This document shows positions 18,084 through 28,295 of a stretch of DNA of 33,852 nucleotides, piece by piece. The translations under genes and the position numbers were made by a program. Under the pieces are notes generated by a model that ran no database searches, had not been told where the DNA came from, and saw only the letters and a list, made by a program, of their open reading frames with translations. The stretch's first letter is position 1; each line of letters begins with the position of its first letter. The stretch is from sequence record SRR22947727_213. One strand, written 5' to 3'.

Positions 18084-18959
18084 ATGAGTTTTATTTTTAA
18101 TAAAAAAATTATACCAATACTATTTGTATTACCCATAGTTAGTTTGCACTTATTAGTGGTTGCCTTCCCTTCGTTTTCTAGTTTGGCTTTGTCTGTTACT
18201 GATTGGAATGGGTTTGGAAAAATCAACTATGTTGGTTTTGAAAACTTTGAAGAGTTATTTGACGATAGAGTGTTTAAAAAAGCTATTAAACATAATATTA
18301 TATGGACAATATTTTTTTTGACAGTGCCAATAGCCATCGCATTATTAGGAGCTTACCTTTTAACTGGCATTAAAAGATTTCAACTATTTTACCGACTAGT
18401 ATTTTTCTTTCCTTATATTTTAGCTAGCATTGTCAATGCTCTAATATGGAAGTATTTGTTCCATCCTCTTCATGGTTTAGGCGCTTGGTTTAATGAAAAA
18501 GGGATAGATTTTTTAGCTTCTTCACCATTTGCTAATAAAGAAACTTCTTTATACGCTGTTGCCTTTGTCGATGCTTGGCATTTTTGGGGCTTTCTCGTTG
18601 TTATTTATATTACTGGAATGTATCAAGTAGATGACCATTTATATGAAGCTGCTGATATTGAAGGGGCCACTAAATGGCAAAAATTTATTTACATAACTTT
18701 GCCAATGATACGACCAGTTTTTATTTTTTCATTAATGATTGTTATTATTTGGTCTGTTCCTGCGTTTGATTATATTTATATCCTTACCCAAGGTGGACCT
18801 GCTTATAGTTCAGAGGTAATTGCTAATCACTTATACTCACAAGCATTTGATCGCTTTAAAGTAGGTTATGCTTCAGCAATTGGAGTAATGATGTGCTTTT
18901 ATGTTATTTTTATAGTTGGTCTATTCGGATTTCTCCGAAGAATGGGTTGGGATATTTAA
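18084..18959 (+). CDS. Carbohydrate ABC transporter permease (MalF/UgpA-like)
   Basis: Motifs VGFENF and the EAA loop LYEAADIEGA.KWQ.F.YITLP; LTQGGP. Confidence 0.93.
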   Translation: MSFIFNKKIIPILFVLPIVSLHLLVVAFPSFSSLALSVTDWNGFGKINYVGFENFEELFDDRVFKKAIKHNIIWTIFFLTVPIAIALLGAYLLTGIKRFQLFYRLVFFFPYILASIVNALIWKYLFHPLHGLGAWFNEKGIDFLASSPFANKETSLYAVAFVDAWHFWGFLVVIYITGMYQVDDHLYEAADIEGATKWQKFIYITLPMIRPVFIFSLMIVIIWSVPAFDYIYILTQGGPAYSSEVIANHLYSQAFDRFKVGYASAIGVMMCFYVIFIVGLFGFLRRMGWDI

Positions 18960-18962
18960 AAA

Positions 18963-19805
18963 ATGTCTCAGGCAAGATTTAAGCAAAAGGCAGCTATTAC
19001 TAATCACATTATATTAATGATATTAGCTTTAACAATAATTTTACCAATTTTAGTACTTGTTTTTAACTCTATCAAACCTCAAGCTGAATTTGGAACAAAT
19101 CCGTTAGGATTTCCTCATAAGCCAAGACTTATGAATTATTATGATGCTTGGGTAAAGGGAAACTATTCCAGAGTATTTTTAAACTCAAGTATATTGGTAT
19201 TTGGGACTTTAACTATTAATTTATTACTATCCGGTATGGCAGCTTTTAGTTTAGCTATTTTAAATCCAAGAGGTAAAACTACTTTAGTATTAGGTATTTA
19301 TTTACTGGTTGGTATTAGTATCCCTGCACAACTATATATTTTACCTTTATTTATACTTTGGAAAAACCTAAATTTAACAAATACATACCTAGGACTAATA
19401 TTAATTTATAGCGCTCTTAATGCGCCTTTTGCAGTTTTTTTAATTAGATCTTATATGATTCAGTTGCCAATAGAGCTTTTCGAAGCGGCAAAAATAGATG
19501 GTGCTAATACTTTCCAATTATTTTTTAAAATTGCCCTGCCATTATCTTGGCCTGTTTTCTTAACAACAGGCCTTGTGGTATCACTTGCTGTTTGGAATGA
19601 GTTTTTATTTGCCATAACATTTATACAAACTGATCAGTTTAAACCAATGGCATCAATTCTATTTGCCTTTCAAGGTAAGTATACAAATGATTTAGGATTA
19701 GTAAGCGCTGCTTCAGTAATGATGGCTGCACCAATTGCAATACTATTTATGATATTTCAACGTAAATTTATTGCGGGTTTAACCAGTGGAGGATTGAAAG
19801 GATAA
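18963..19805 (+). CDS. Carbohydrate ABC transporter permease (MalG/UgpE-like)
   Basis: EAA loop ELFEAAKIDGA, WNEFL, and C-terminal FQRKFIAGLTSGGLKG. Confidence 0.93.
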   Translation: MSQARFKQKAAITNHIILMILALTIILPILVLVFNSIKPQAEFGTNPLGFPHKPRLMNYYDAWVKGNYSRVFLNSSILVFGTLTINLLLSGMAAFSLAILNPRGKTTLVLGIYLLVGISIPAQLYILPLFILWKNLNLTNTYLGLILIYSALNAPFAVFLIRSYMIQLPIELFEAAKIDGANTFQLFFKIALPLSWPVFLTTGLVVSLAVWNEFLFAITFIQTDQFKPMASILFAFQGKYTNDLGLVSAASVMMAAPIAILFMIFQRKFIAGLTSGGLKG

Positions 19806-19807
19806 TT

Positions 19808-21973
19808 ATGAATTTAGATAAATCTTATGAAGAAAAAGTATATGCTGGAGTTTTAGGTAAAATTATTGGAGTTTATTTAGGTAGGCCTTTTGAAGGTTGG
19901 GAACATGACCGAATTATGAGAGAATTAGGTCCTATAAATTATTATGTAAATGATAAATTGAATAAACCTTTGTGTGTTACTGATGATGATATTACCGGGA
20001 CTTTTGCTTTTTTAAGAGCTCTAAAAGATTTTAATTATGATAAAAATATAACTCCAAAACAAATAGGACAAACATGGTTAAATAACTTAATTGAAGATAG
20101 GACTGTTTTGTGGTGGGGTGGAAAAGGTCACTCATCTGAAGACACCGCTTATCAAAACCTAAAGCAAGGTATACACGCGCCAGACAGTGGCTCTATTAAG
20201 GTTAATGGGAAGGTGATTGCTGAACAAATAGGAGCTCAAATATTTATTGACGGATGGGCTTTAGTATCTCCTGGAGATCCAGAGCAAGCAGTATCTCTAG
20301 CTGGCAAGGCAGCAAGTGTCAGTCATGATGGTGAAGCTATATATGGTGCTCAGATTATAGCAGCAATAGAGTCAATGGCATTTGTTGAAAATGACATAAA
20401 AATTATTATTGAAAAATCAAAACAATTCATTCCTAATGACTCAGTAATTTACAAATTAATTTCAGATTTGCAGGATTGGAGCTCAGGTAATATTGATTGG
20501 AAGCAAGCAAGAGAAAAAATAGTAGATAAATATGGCTATGATAAATATTTAGGAAATTGTCACATGGTTCCAAATCATGCGCTTATAATTATGAGTTTAT
20601 TATTTGGGGAAAATAATTTTCAAAAATCACTTATGATAGCTAATACTGCTGGTTGGGATACGGATTGTAACTCTGGTAATGTCGGCTGTATACTTGGTAT
20701 TAAAAACGGCCTAGAGGGCTTGCAAGATGGTCCAGACTACATCTCTCCAATTAACGATATTATTTATTGTCCAACTGCAGTAGGTGGGGAGACTATTACA
20801 GATGCTTTAACAGAAACATATAAAATTATTAACACAGCTAGACAGCTTGAAAAATTAGAAAAGAAAATTATTAAAAATAATGCTCGTTATCATTTTGAAA
20901 TGCCTGGATCTACTCAGGGTTGGAAAGTTGATACACTAAATGATAATAATTTATTAACATCTATATCAAATGTTGAGTTGAAAACTGATGTAGGAAGTTA
21001 TGGTTTAGAAATAGACTTTGGTGATTTAGCGGAAGGATTAAATAGTGAGTGTTTGGTTGATACTTTTTTTCCAGAACACCTGACTAAGTTAGATGGGGTA
21101 GCTAGAAAAACCTTTTTTCATTATGATTTAATCGCGACTCCAATCATTTATTCTGGACAAAAAATAAAAGCACAGATTTTTTCTGAGTCAGAAAAAGATT
21201 TAAATATAAAAATATTTATAAAATATTGGGGTGAAAACGATGAGTTAATTAAAATTGAGTCTAATGATTTTAATTTTTCTTCAAATGATATGAATATTAT
21301 TGAATGGGAAGTCCCATCAACTTTTTCAAATCCAATTGGCCAGTTAGGGATTTCAATTTCTTCAAATGAAAAGTGTTCAGGAAAAATTAAATTAAATTAT
21401 TTAGATATACATGGGGAGCCAAATATACTTTTAACCCAACCAGATCATATCTTAAATCACCCTAGAAAGCATCATATGCATTTTGAGGAAAAATTTTATG
21501 GTCAAATGTGGCGAAATGCCTGGGTTCAAGGTTTAGACAAATGGGAAGATAGGGGGAAAATCTTCAGAGTTACCAATAATATAGACAGTGGAATAATGTT
21601 TACTGGAACAGATGTTTGGAAAAATTATACAGTAACTTCAAATATTTCTTTTCAGTCAGTTAGCTCTGGAGGGTTAGTTGCAAGAGTGCAAGGGTTGAAA
21701 AGATATTATTCTTTTGAGTTATGCTCGAATAATAAAGCTCGTATTGGTAAAATGTTATATGATTTTAACACTATTAAAGAAGTTGACTTTGATGTCGATT
21801 TTTTTAAAGAATATAAGATGTCATTAGTAATCAATAACAATAAAATAAAGGGATATGTTGATGGGCAATTAATTTTGGAATGTGAAGATAATCAAAATAT
21901 CCTAGATAACGGAGGCGCTGGTTTTGTGGTTTCAGATGGAACTATGGTTTCTAATGAAATAAAAATATCTTAA
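19808..21973 (+). CDS. ADP-ribosylglycohydrolase family protein with a long beta-rich C-terminal extension
   Basis: Motifs GK.IGV.LG.P.EGW, TDDD (19979-19990), SHDGEA and GWDTDCN (about 20651-20671), plus about 400 extra C-terminal residues. Confidence 0.85.
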   Translation: MNLDKSYEEKVYAGVLGKIIGVYLGRPFEGWEHDRIMRELGPINYYVNDKLNKPLCVTDDDITGTFAFLRALKDFNYDKNITPKQIGQTWLNNLIEDRTVLWWGGKGHSSEDTAYQNLKQGIHAPDSGSIKVNGKVIAEQIGAQIFIDGWALVSPGDPEQAVSLAGKAASVSHDGEAIYGAQIIAAIESMAFVENDIKIIIEKSKQFIPNDSVIYKLISDLQDWSSGNIDWKQAREKIVDKYGYDKYLGNCHMVPNHALIIMSLLFGENNFQKSLMIANTAGWDTDCNSGNVGCILGIKNGLEGLQDGPDYISPINDIIYCPTAVGGETITDALTETYKIINTARQLEKLEKKIIKNNARYHFEMPGSTQGWKVDTLNDNNLLTSISNVELKTDVGSYGLEIDFGDLAEGLNSECLVDTFFPEHLTKLDGVARKTFFHYDLIATPIIYSGQKIKAQIFSESEKDLNIKIFIKYWGENDELIKIESNDFNFSSNDMNIIEWEVPSTFSNPIGQLGISISSNEKCSGKIKLNYLDIHGEPNILLTQPDHILNHPRKHHMHFEEKFYGQMWRNAWVQGLDKWEDRGKIFRVTNNIDSGIMFTGTDVWKNYTVTSNISFQSVSSGGLVARVQGLKRYYSFELCSNNKARIGKMLYDFNTIKEVDFDVDFFKEYKMSLVINNNKIKGYVDGQLILECEDNQNILDNGGAGFVVSDGTMVSNEIKIS

Positions 21974-21979
21974 GGGATT

Positions 21980-22963
21980 ATGAAATCTAGAAAATTTGGA
22001 AGTTTGGATTGGCAAGTGAGTGAGATCAGTCTTGGTTGCTGGGCTATGGGCGCAGACTGGGGTGATGTTTCTGAAGAAAACGCTAAAGATATTTTAAAAA
22101 CTTCTTTTGATAACGGAGTTAATTTTTTTGATACAGCTGATGTTTATGGTGATGGTCGAAGTGAAAAATTTGTTGGTGAATTTATTAATTCAACTTCTGA
22201 GAGAATATATGTAGCATCAAAAGCAGGAAGAAGGATCTCTCCTCATGAGGCACAGGGGTATTATGATAAGGGTTTAATGGAGTCATTTGTTGATAGATCG
22301 TTAACTAATTTAAGTGTTGAAACTATAGACCTTCTTCAAATGCATTGCCCGCCAACAGAAGTGTATTCTCATGATTTAACATATGAAATGTTAGATAACT
22401 TAGTTACAAAAGGCAAAATACAACATTACGGCTTTAGTGTTCAGACTGTTGAGGAGGCTATTGCGTGTATTCAGCGACCTCATACAAAAAGTGTTCAAAT
22501 TATATTTAATATGTTGAGATTAAAACCAGCTGAAGAATTTTTTAAAATGGCTAAGGAAAAAAACATAGCCATTATAGTAAGAGTGCCACTTGCGAGTGGA
22601 TTGTTAACTGGAAAAATGAATACTAATTCTTCTTTTCCAGAAAATGATCATCGAAATTATAATATTAAGGGTGATGCTTTTGATGTAGGTGAAACTTTTT
22701 CAGGAGTTAACTTCAATAAAGCTCTTAAAGTTGTTGAAGAATTAAAGCTCTTAACACCTGAGGGATTTTCTTTATCACAACTAGCACTTAAATGGATTCT
22801 AATGCATGATGCAGTAAGTGTAGTAATTCCAGGTGCAAAAAACTCTGATCAAGTTTTAAAAAATATCTCTGCTTCATCATTGCCGGATATAAATAATTTA
22901 ATGAAAAAAATTGAACAAATATATATTACATATCTAAAAGACGACATACACCCTCACTGGTAA
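21980..22963 (+). CDS. Aldo/keto reductase
   Basis: Motifs VSEISLGCW, FFDTADVYGDGRSE, IDLLQMH, PLASGLLTGK and VIPGAKN. Confidence 0.93.
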   Translation: MKSRKFGSLDWQVSEISLGCWAMGADWGDVSEENAKDILKTSFDNGVNFFDTADVYGDGRSEKFVGEFINSTSERIYVASKAGRRISPHEAQGYYDKGLMESFVDRSLTNLSVETIDLLQMHCPPTEVYSHDLTYEMLDNLVTKGKIQHYGFSVQTVEEAIACIQRPHTKSVQIIFNMLRLKPAEEFFKMAKEKNIAIIVRVPLASGLLTGKMNTNSSFPENDHRNYNIKGDAFDVGETFSGVNFNKALKVVEELKLLTPEGFSLSQLALKWILMHDAVSVVIPGAKNSDQVLKNISASSLPDINNLMKKIEQIYITYLKDDIHPHW

Positions 22964-22975
22964 AATAATAATTTA

Positions 22976-24121
22976 ATGGATCAAAGTGTTTTTAGAAGGG
23001 CTACCTTTGCAGTAATTCTATGCTCTTCATATCCTATGTTAGTTGTTGGTTGTTATTTTGGCTTAATTCCTTGGAATATGGAAAGATTACAAATTGATGA
23101 ATCTGACCTAGGTTTTGCAATTTTAACTTTTGGTGTCTCATTTCTAATATCTAATCAAATAGCAGGAAGAATTCTAGTTCCAAAATTTGGTACAAAAAGA
23201 ATTATGACGTTTGGATTAGTTATTATTTCCTTATCAAATATTATTTTAGTGTCGGCGCCAGCATATTACATTCTTGTTCTTGCCCATATACCTGCAGGAA
23301 TTGGATGGGGATCATCTGGGCCTATAGGCGGGATCCATGCTCAGTTAATTGAAAAACATTCTGGGAAGATAATAAGCCCTTATTACGCAATGGGTTTTAA
23401 TATAGGGATTTTTATTGGTGGAATTCTGGCTGGTTTGATTTTAGGAAATGGAATGAATCCTACTATTGTTTTTTCAATCCTTTTTCTTACTTCCATATTT
23501 GTTGCTATTGTTGTTTATATTAATGGCCTACCTAATGATTTAGATTTTAAAGGTCAGGGGGAAAAAATAAAAATTCCAGAGAGAAATGTTTTGATTTTTG
23601 GTTTTTTACTTTTTGTCATATTTGGCTCAAATGGAATTATTATAGATTGGTCAGCCTTATGGTTTACCAAAGAACTTAATGCACCTCTTTATCTTGCTAG
23701 CTTAGGATTAATATTCTTAAGTTGTGGTGGAATCTTTGCCAACTTATTCTCCAATCAATTAATTAATTTATTTTCAGAAAAAATAGTCGGATGTTATTTT
23801 GTCATAATTGGGTCAATTATATTGTTTACATCAATCATAATTGGGAATTTTTACTTTATACTTATAACTTTTTTAATTTATGGTTTTCTAACTGCTAATT
23901 TAGTTCCAATAATTATTCGACAAGCAGTTAAGCATTCATCTGAAAGTATCCCAACTACTGTTACTAATTTAATAACAATAGGTTTCTCAGCTTTATTATT
24001 TGCCCCTGCTATAATTGGATTTATTGCAGAAACATACTCTCTAACAATCAATATGTATGCCTTATGTATTATTGTCTTTTTTGCTGGTAATGTATTTTTA
24101 AGAAAATTTAGAGTTAATTAA
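22976..24121 (+). CDS. MFS transporter
   Basis: About 12 hydrophobic segments, DWSALW, and PAIIGFIAE near the C-terminus. Confidence 0.85.
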   Translation: MDQSVFRRATFAVILCSSYPMLVVGCYFGLIPWNMERLQIDESDLGFAILTFGVSFLISNQIAGRILVPKFGTKRIMTFGLVIISLSNIILVSAPAYYILVLAHIPAGIGWGSSGPIGGIHAQLIEKHSGKIISPYYAMGFNIGIFIGGILAGLILGNGMNPTIVFSILFLTSIFVAIVVYINGLPNDLDFKGQGEKIKIPERNVLIFGFLLFVIFGSNGIIIDWSALWFTKELNAPLYLASLGLIFLSCGGIFANLFSNQLINLFSEKIVGCYFVIIGSIILFTSIIIGNFYFILITFLIYGFLTANLVPIIIRQAVKHSSESIPTTVTNLITIGFSALLFAPAIIGFIAETYSLTINMYALCIIVFFAGNVFLRKFRVN

Positions 24122-25185
24122 GGAATTAATTTATATAAGGTTGTATTATTTTCATCTGCAATTAAAAAAATCTCCCCTTTAGAATTAACCTCTATCTCTC
24201 TCACTCTTCCAATTTTATTTTGAAATATTAGTTTTTCTTCACCAAACCCATTATCTTTTCTAGGAAGGTAGGAGAGATATTGAAATTTAAGTGACCCAAT
24301 CAGTAATGAATTTTTTAATTCAGGAAATAAATTGCCAGTATAAAATTTTATTCCACCCACACCTATAGAAGGTACCCAAATATGATCTGGTGGAAGAAGG
24401 CCAGGCTCCCATGCATTCCCATCACCAATTTTTGTTCCAGAATAATTTATTCCACCCCAACCAATTTTTTTCCACCCATAATTTGTTCCTTTAATAACCT
24501 TGCCGATAAAATCCCCACCTTTGGGCCCATGATTAGATATAAAAATATCATTAGTTAATGGGTCTAAATCCATTCCCTGAGGATTTCGTAAACCAATTTG
24601 AAATATTTCTTTCGACCAATTACTATTAACTACATAAGGATTATCTTTTGGAATGCTTCCATCTTTATGTATTCTCACTATACTGCCAACAGTATTTGAT
24701 GGATCTTGAGCTATCATTCCTTTTCCTCTTTCTCCAACACTAATATATAAATATTTATCTTTAATAGTCATTCGTGATCCAAAATGTTTTGCATTATTAA
24801 TATATGGTTTAGCTTCAAAGATTAATTGAGAATTTACCAAAGAGTCGTTTTGAAGTGTTGATTTATAAACTGCTGTTGTAAGAAGTTTATTTTTCATAAT
24901 TGAGCACGTTACCCAAACATTGTCATTTTCAGAGATAATATCTAATAAACCTCCTTGGCCCCAAGCCGCCACAGGTATTTGATGAGATATAATTTTGGAT
25001 GTATTATTAGAGGTATCAAATAAAATTATTTGCGCAGTTTTCTTTTCTGTAATAAGTAATTTTGTGGAATCAATCCAAGTCATTCCCCATGGATAATTTA
25101 AGTTTAAACTCGATTTTTGAAGGTTATATGCTTGGATTTTTGAGGAAAAAATACAAATGATGATAATAAATATTAGTTTTTTCAT
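24118..25185 (-). CDS. PQQ-dependent soluble aldose/glucose-sorbosone dehydrogenase family protein
   Basis: Signal peptide; motifs PWGM, GQGGLLD, HFGSR, GLRNPQG, HGPKGGD, NYGW and GRVR. Confidence 0.9.
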   Translation of the reverse strand: MKKLIFIIIICIFSSKIQAYNLQKSSLNLNYPWGMTWIDSTKLLITEKKTAQIILFDTSNNTSKIISHQIPVAAWGQGGLLDIISENDNVWVTCSIMKNKLLTTAVYKSTLQNDSLVNSQLIFEAKPYINNAKHFGSRMTIKDKYLYISVGERGKGMIAQDPSNTVGSIVRIHKDGSIPKDNPYVVNSNWSKEIFQIGLRNPQGMDLDPLTNDIFISNHGPKGGDFIGKVIKGTNYGWKKIGWGGINYSGTKIGDGNAWEPGLLPPDHIWVPSIGVGGIKFYTGNLFPELKNSLLIGSLKFQYLSYLPRKDNGFGEEKLIFQNKIGRVREIEVNSKGEIFLIADENNTTLYKLIP

Positions 25186-25240
25186 TAATTAAGATTTAGT
25201 TTTATATGTTAAGATATAAAAATAAATAAAAAATTTAGTA

Positions 25241-26047
25241 ATGAAAAAAATAAAGATTTCACAAATTCAATTCGAAGCTAAATCAACTCCAATTGCAAAT
25301 GCAAAATTGTTAAAAAAATATTTTGAGAAAACAAAAAAATTTGATCCTGATTTAATTTGCACACCAGAATGTTCAAATATTATAACAAATGATATTAATT
25401 ATTTAAGAAAAAATACAACTTTTGAAAATGATTGCCCTATAATAAACATGGCAAAGTTATTCGCAAAAGAAAATAATGTTAACATTAATATAGGGTCACT
25501 TCTTCTCAAAATAAAAAATCAAAAGAAGCTAGTTAACAGATCGTACTTCATCAATACCAAAGGTAAGATTGTAAAAACATATGATAAAATTCATATGTTT
25601 GATGTTAATATTAATAAAAAAGAAACTCACCGAGAGTCAGATACATTTCAAGCGGGAAGTAATATTGTTTTATTAAACATAGATAAAATAAAAATAGGTT
25701 TTACAATTTGTTATGATTTAAGATTTCCAAATTTATTTAGAAAATTAGCGAAAAAAGGGGCTCAAATTATTTTGATGCCAGCAGCATTTACTGTTCCCTC
25801 CGGAAAAGCTCATTGGGAGGTGATGTTAAGGTCAAGAGCTATAGAAAATAGTTTGTTTCTTGTGGCAACAGATATGTGTGGAACTCATCATACAAATAGG
25901 AAAACTTATGGACATTCATTATTAGTCAATCCTTGGGGTAAAATTGTAGCAAAGGCAAAGACAAAGCCTAAAATACTTAATACAATCATTAATTTAGAAG
26001 AAGTTGAAGATGCTCGTAATAAAATACCAGCTATTTTAAATGACTAA
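25241..26047 (+). CDS. Carbon-nitrogen hydrolase (Nit1 / deaminated glutathione amidase-like)
   Basis: E-K-C triad in TPE, YDKIHMFDV and ICYDLRFP; also PAAFT..G.AHW, RAIEN and YGHS. Confidence 0.9.
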   Translation: MKKIKISQIQFEAKSTPIANAKLLKKYFEKTKKFDPDLICTPECSNIITNDINYLRKNTTFENDCPIINMAKLFAKENNVNINIGSLLLKIKNQKKLVNRSYFINTKGKIVKTYDKIHMFDVNINKKETHRESDTFQAGSNIVLLNIDKIKIGFTICYDLRFPNLFRKLAKKGAQIILMPAAFTVPSGKAHWEVMLRSRAIENSLFLVATDMCGTHHTNRKTYGHSLLVNPWGKIVAKAKTKPKILNTIINLEEVEDARNKIPAILND

Positions 26048-26660
26048 AGTTAAGTCATTAGTGGATGGTATTGGTAATGAGGCTTTAACTGAAAAATATT
26101 ATGATGATTGGGCTTTAAGTTATGAGCAAACATTAAAAAAATGGAACTATAAGGCGCCTTTAAAGGCAGTTAATGTGATGTCTTTTTTAAAAGAAAACAT
26201 TAATTCTAATTTAGACCTAGCCTGTGGAACAGGCATGTTTGCTGTTAAACTTAAAAAAAATTATCCCAATGTAACTATAGATGGTTGTGATATATCTTCC
26301 CAAAGTCTTAAAATTGCCAATAAAAAAAAACTTTACAGAAAGTTATTCAAACAAAGTTTTGAGAAAAAAATTAATATTACAAAAAAATATGACTCAGTAA
26401 GTATGATTGGTTCTATGACATATTGTAAAAAGCCAAAAAAACTGCTCTCTCTAATATTTGATTATTTAAAAAAAAATGGAATTTTTATTTTCACACATAG
26501 AATTGACTTATGGAAGAAACAAAATTTTGATTTAATAGTCAATAATTTCAATAAGTCTTTTCATCTTGTGTATAAGTCCAGACCATTGAATTATTTGCCA
26601 CTAAATTCTTCTTTTTCAGATAAAATAAAAATAAGATTAGTAGTTTTAAAAAAATTTTAA
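26040..26660 (+). CDS. Class I SAM-dependent methyltransferase
   Basis: Motifs YDDWA..Y, LDLACGTG (motif I) and DGCDIS. Confidence 0.85.
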   Translation: MTKVKSLVDGIGNEALTEKYYDDWALSYEQTLKKWNYKAPLKAVNVMSFLKENINSNLDLACGTGMFAVKLKKNYPNVTIDGCDISSQSLKIANKKKLYRKLFKQSFEKKINITKKYDSVSMIGSMTYCKKPKKLLSLIFDYLKKNGIFIFTHRIDLWKKQNFDLIVNNFNKSFHLVYKSRPLNYLPLNSSFSDKIKIRLVVLKKF

Positions 26661-27046
26661 TTTTTTTTATTAAATTGTTCCATTTTTTTTAATGTTTTAT
26701 TACTTACGTGATGCTCTATACCTTCAGCGTCAGCCTCTGCCGTTCTAGCATCCAGTCCAAGATTTTTTAGAAAAGTCAAAACTATGATGTGTCTCTTTTT
26801 GGAAACACTAGCCACCTCTTGCCCTTTTAGTGTGAGAAAAATTGATCTGTAGGGTTCTTTTTTTACAAATCCTTGATTTTGTAATCTTTGAATAGTTTTA
26901 TTTGCAGTTGCTTGAGCAATATCTAATTTATTCGCAATATCAACAATTCTTGCCTCGCCCTTAGTGTTTAACAGATCGGCAATAATTTCAAGGTAATCCT
27001 CTGTGTTTTCTGTTTTGTGGGCGTCTCTAACTTTTTTAAATGACAT
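26657..27046 (-). CDS. mntR: Manganese-responsive DtxR-family regulator MntR
   Basis: Motifs F.KVR.AH, EDYLE.I, GEAR.VD, PYRSIFLT, RH.IV and DAEGIEHHVS; E. coli-type MntR with no FeoA domain. Confidence 0.92.
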   Translation of the reverse strand: MSFKKVRDAHKTENTEDYLEIIADLLNTKGEARIVDIANKLDIAQATANKTIQRLQNQGFVKKEPYRSIFLTLKGQEVASVSKKRHIIVLTFLKNLGLDARTAEADAEGIEHHVSNKTLKKMEQFNKKN

Positions 27047-27087
27047 ATACTGAATTATTTCTAATTTATAATGTATCTATAGCATTA

Positions 27088-27109
27088 TAATATAGCCATA
27101 GCTATATTT
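27088..27109. promoter_or_regulatory. MntR box
   Basis: TAATATAGC-CATA-GCTATATTT has the ATAGC-N4-GCTAT dyad of the enterobacterial MntR operator. It lies between mntR and the transporter gene. Confidence 0.85.
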
Positions 27110-27128
27110 TTATATATAAGTAAACTTA

Positions 27129-28295
27129 ATGAATGCATTAATTTCAGCAATAAAAGATAAACAAAAAATTATGTTTGCTAATGAAGGTAGACTATTAAAA
27201 AAGTCATTTTTTGGACTAATAATACTTGCGCTCGCTTTTCAAACAGGGGAATTTGGAAATATAATCCGTGAGTCTATGGTTGATGCATATCTAGCTGTAT
27301 CTGTCTTTGTTGGTTTTACATTAATGGTCTTTATTGGTTTAGACTCTCTAACAAAATTTGATATCCAATCCTTTTTAGAAAAAACGAAAAATCTTCATGT
27401 ACCTATTGCATCTTTTCTTGGTGCAATACCAGGGTGTGGAGGGGCTATAATTGTTGTCACCCAATATATACAAGGTAGAATATCGTTTGGTGCTTTAGTT
27501 GCAGTACTGACTGCAACAATGGGAGATGCGGCATTCTTAATTTTGGCTATGGAGCCATCAACTGGATTATTAATTTTTGTATTAGGTATATTTGTTGGCA
27601 CAATATCTGGTTATGTCGTTGATTTAATTCACAGCCGCAGTTTTATGATGACAAATTCAGACATAGAATTGGAGTTTGAAAAATTAAAAAAAACATTTGT
27701 TTCTAAATTTAACATTTTCTGGCTTATGTTATTTGTACCAGGTTTTATAATAGGTATACTTCTCGCTTTTCAAATAGATGTAGATAATTTTTTAAATTTA
27801 CCATCTAATGTTAGCATTGTCATAATGCTCGGTTCTGGAGGAGCCATTTTATCAATCTTTATGTGGTCATTAAATCCGTTAAGTGATTTCCAATGTTCTA
27901 CAGATAAAAGTAGGGGGTTTCTCTCAAGAGTTATTGATACAACAAATTTTGTATCAACTTGGGTAATTAGTGGTTTTCTAGTTTTTGAAATATTCATGTA
28001 TTTTACCAATATAGATTTAAAATTATTTTTTGACTTATGGCTTCCATTTGTGCCTTTAATAGCAATCTTATTTGGATTTCTTCCTGGTTGTGGTCCACAA
28101 ATTGTTGTCGCAACATTTTATTTAAATGGATACATTCCATTATCTGCTGAACTTGGTAATGCAATATCTAATGATGGTGATGCCTTATTTCCTGCTATAG
28201 CTCTCGCACCTAAAGCTGCAATCCTAGCAACTATTTATAGTGCTTTTCCCGCCATTATTGTTGCTTATACTTATTTGTTAATCTTTGAGCTATAA
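27129..28295 (+). CDS. Putative manganese transporter (DUF2899/ArsP_2, MntX-type)
   Basis: Internally repeated motifs [10 protein letters not shown]...ATMGDAAF and [10 protein letters not shown]...[10 protein letters not shown]; about 10-11 TM segments; divergent from mntR. Confidence 0.85.
   Translation: MNALISAIKDKQKIMFANEGRLLKKSFFGLIILALAFQTGEFGNIIRESMVDAYLAVSVFVGFTLMVFIGLDSLTKFDIQSFLEKTKNLHVPIASFLGAIPGCGGAIIVVTQYIQGRISFGALVAVLTATMGDAAFLILAMEPSTGLLIFVLGIFVGTISGYVVDLIHSRSFMMTNSDIELEFEKLKKTFVSKFNIFWLMLFVPGFIIGILLAFQIDVDNFLNLPSNVSIVIMLGSGGAILSIFMWSLNPLSDFQCSTDKSRGFLSRVIDTTNFVSTWVISGFLVFEIFMYFTNIDLKLFFDLWLPFVPLIAILFGFLPGCGPQIVVATFYLNGYIPLSAELGNAISNDGDALFPAIALAPKAAILATIYSAFPAIIVAYTYLLIFEL

Noticed and set aside
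19808-21973. DraG-type nitrogenase regulation or a toxin-antitoxin ADP-ribosylation module
   Set aside because: No draT, nif or ADP-ribosyltransferase gene is nearby; the context is sugar transport and catabolism.
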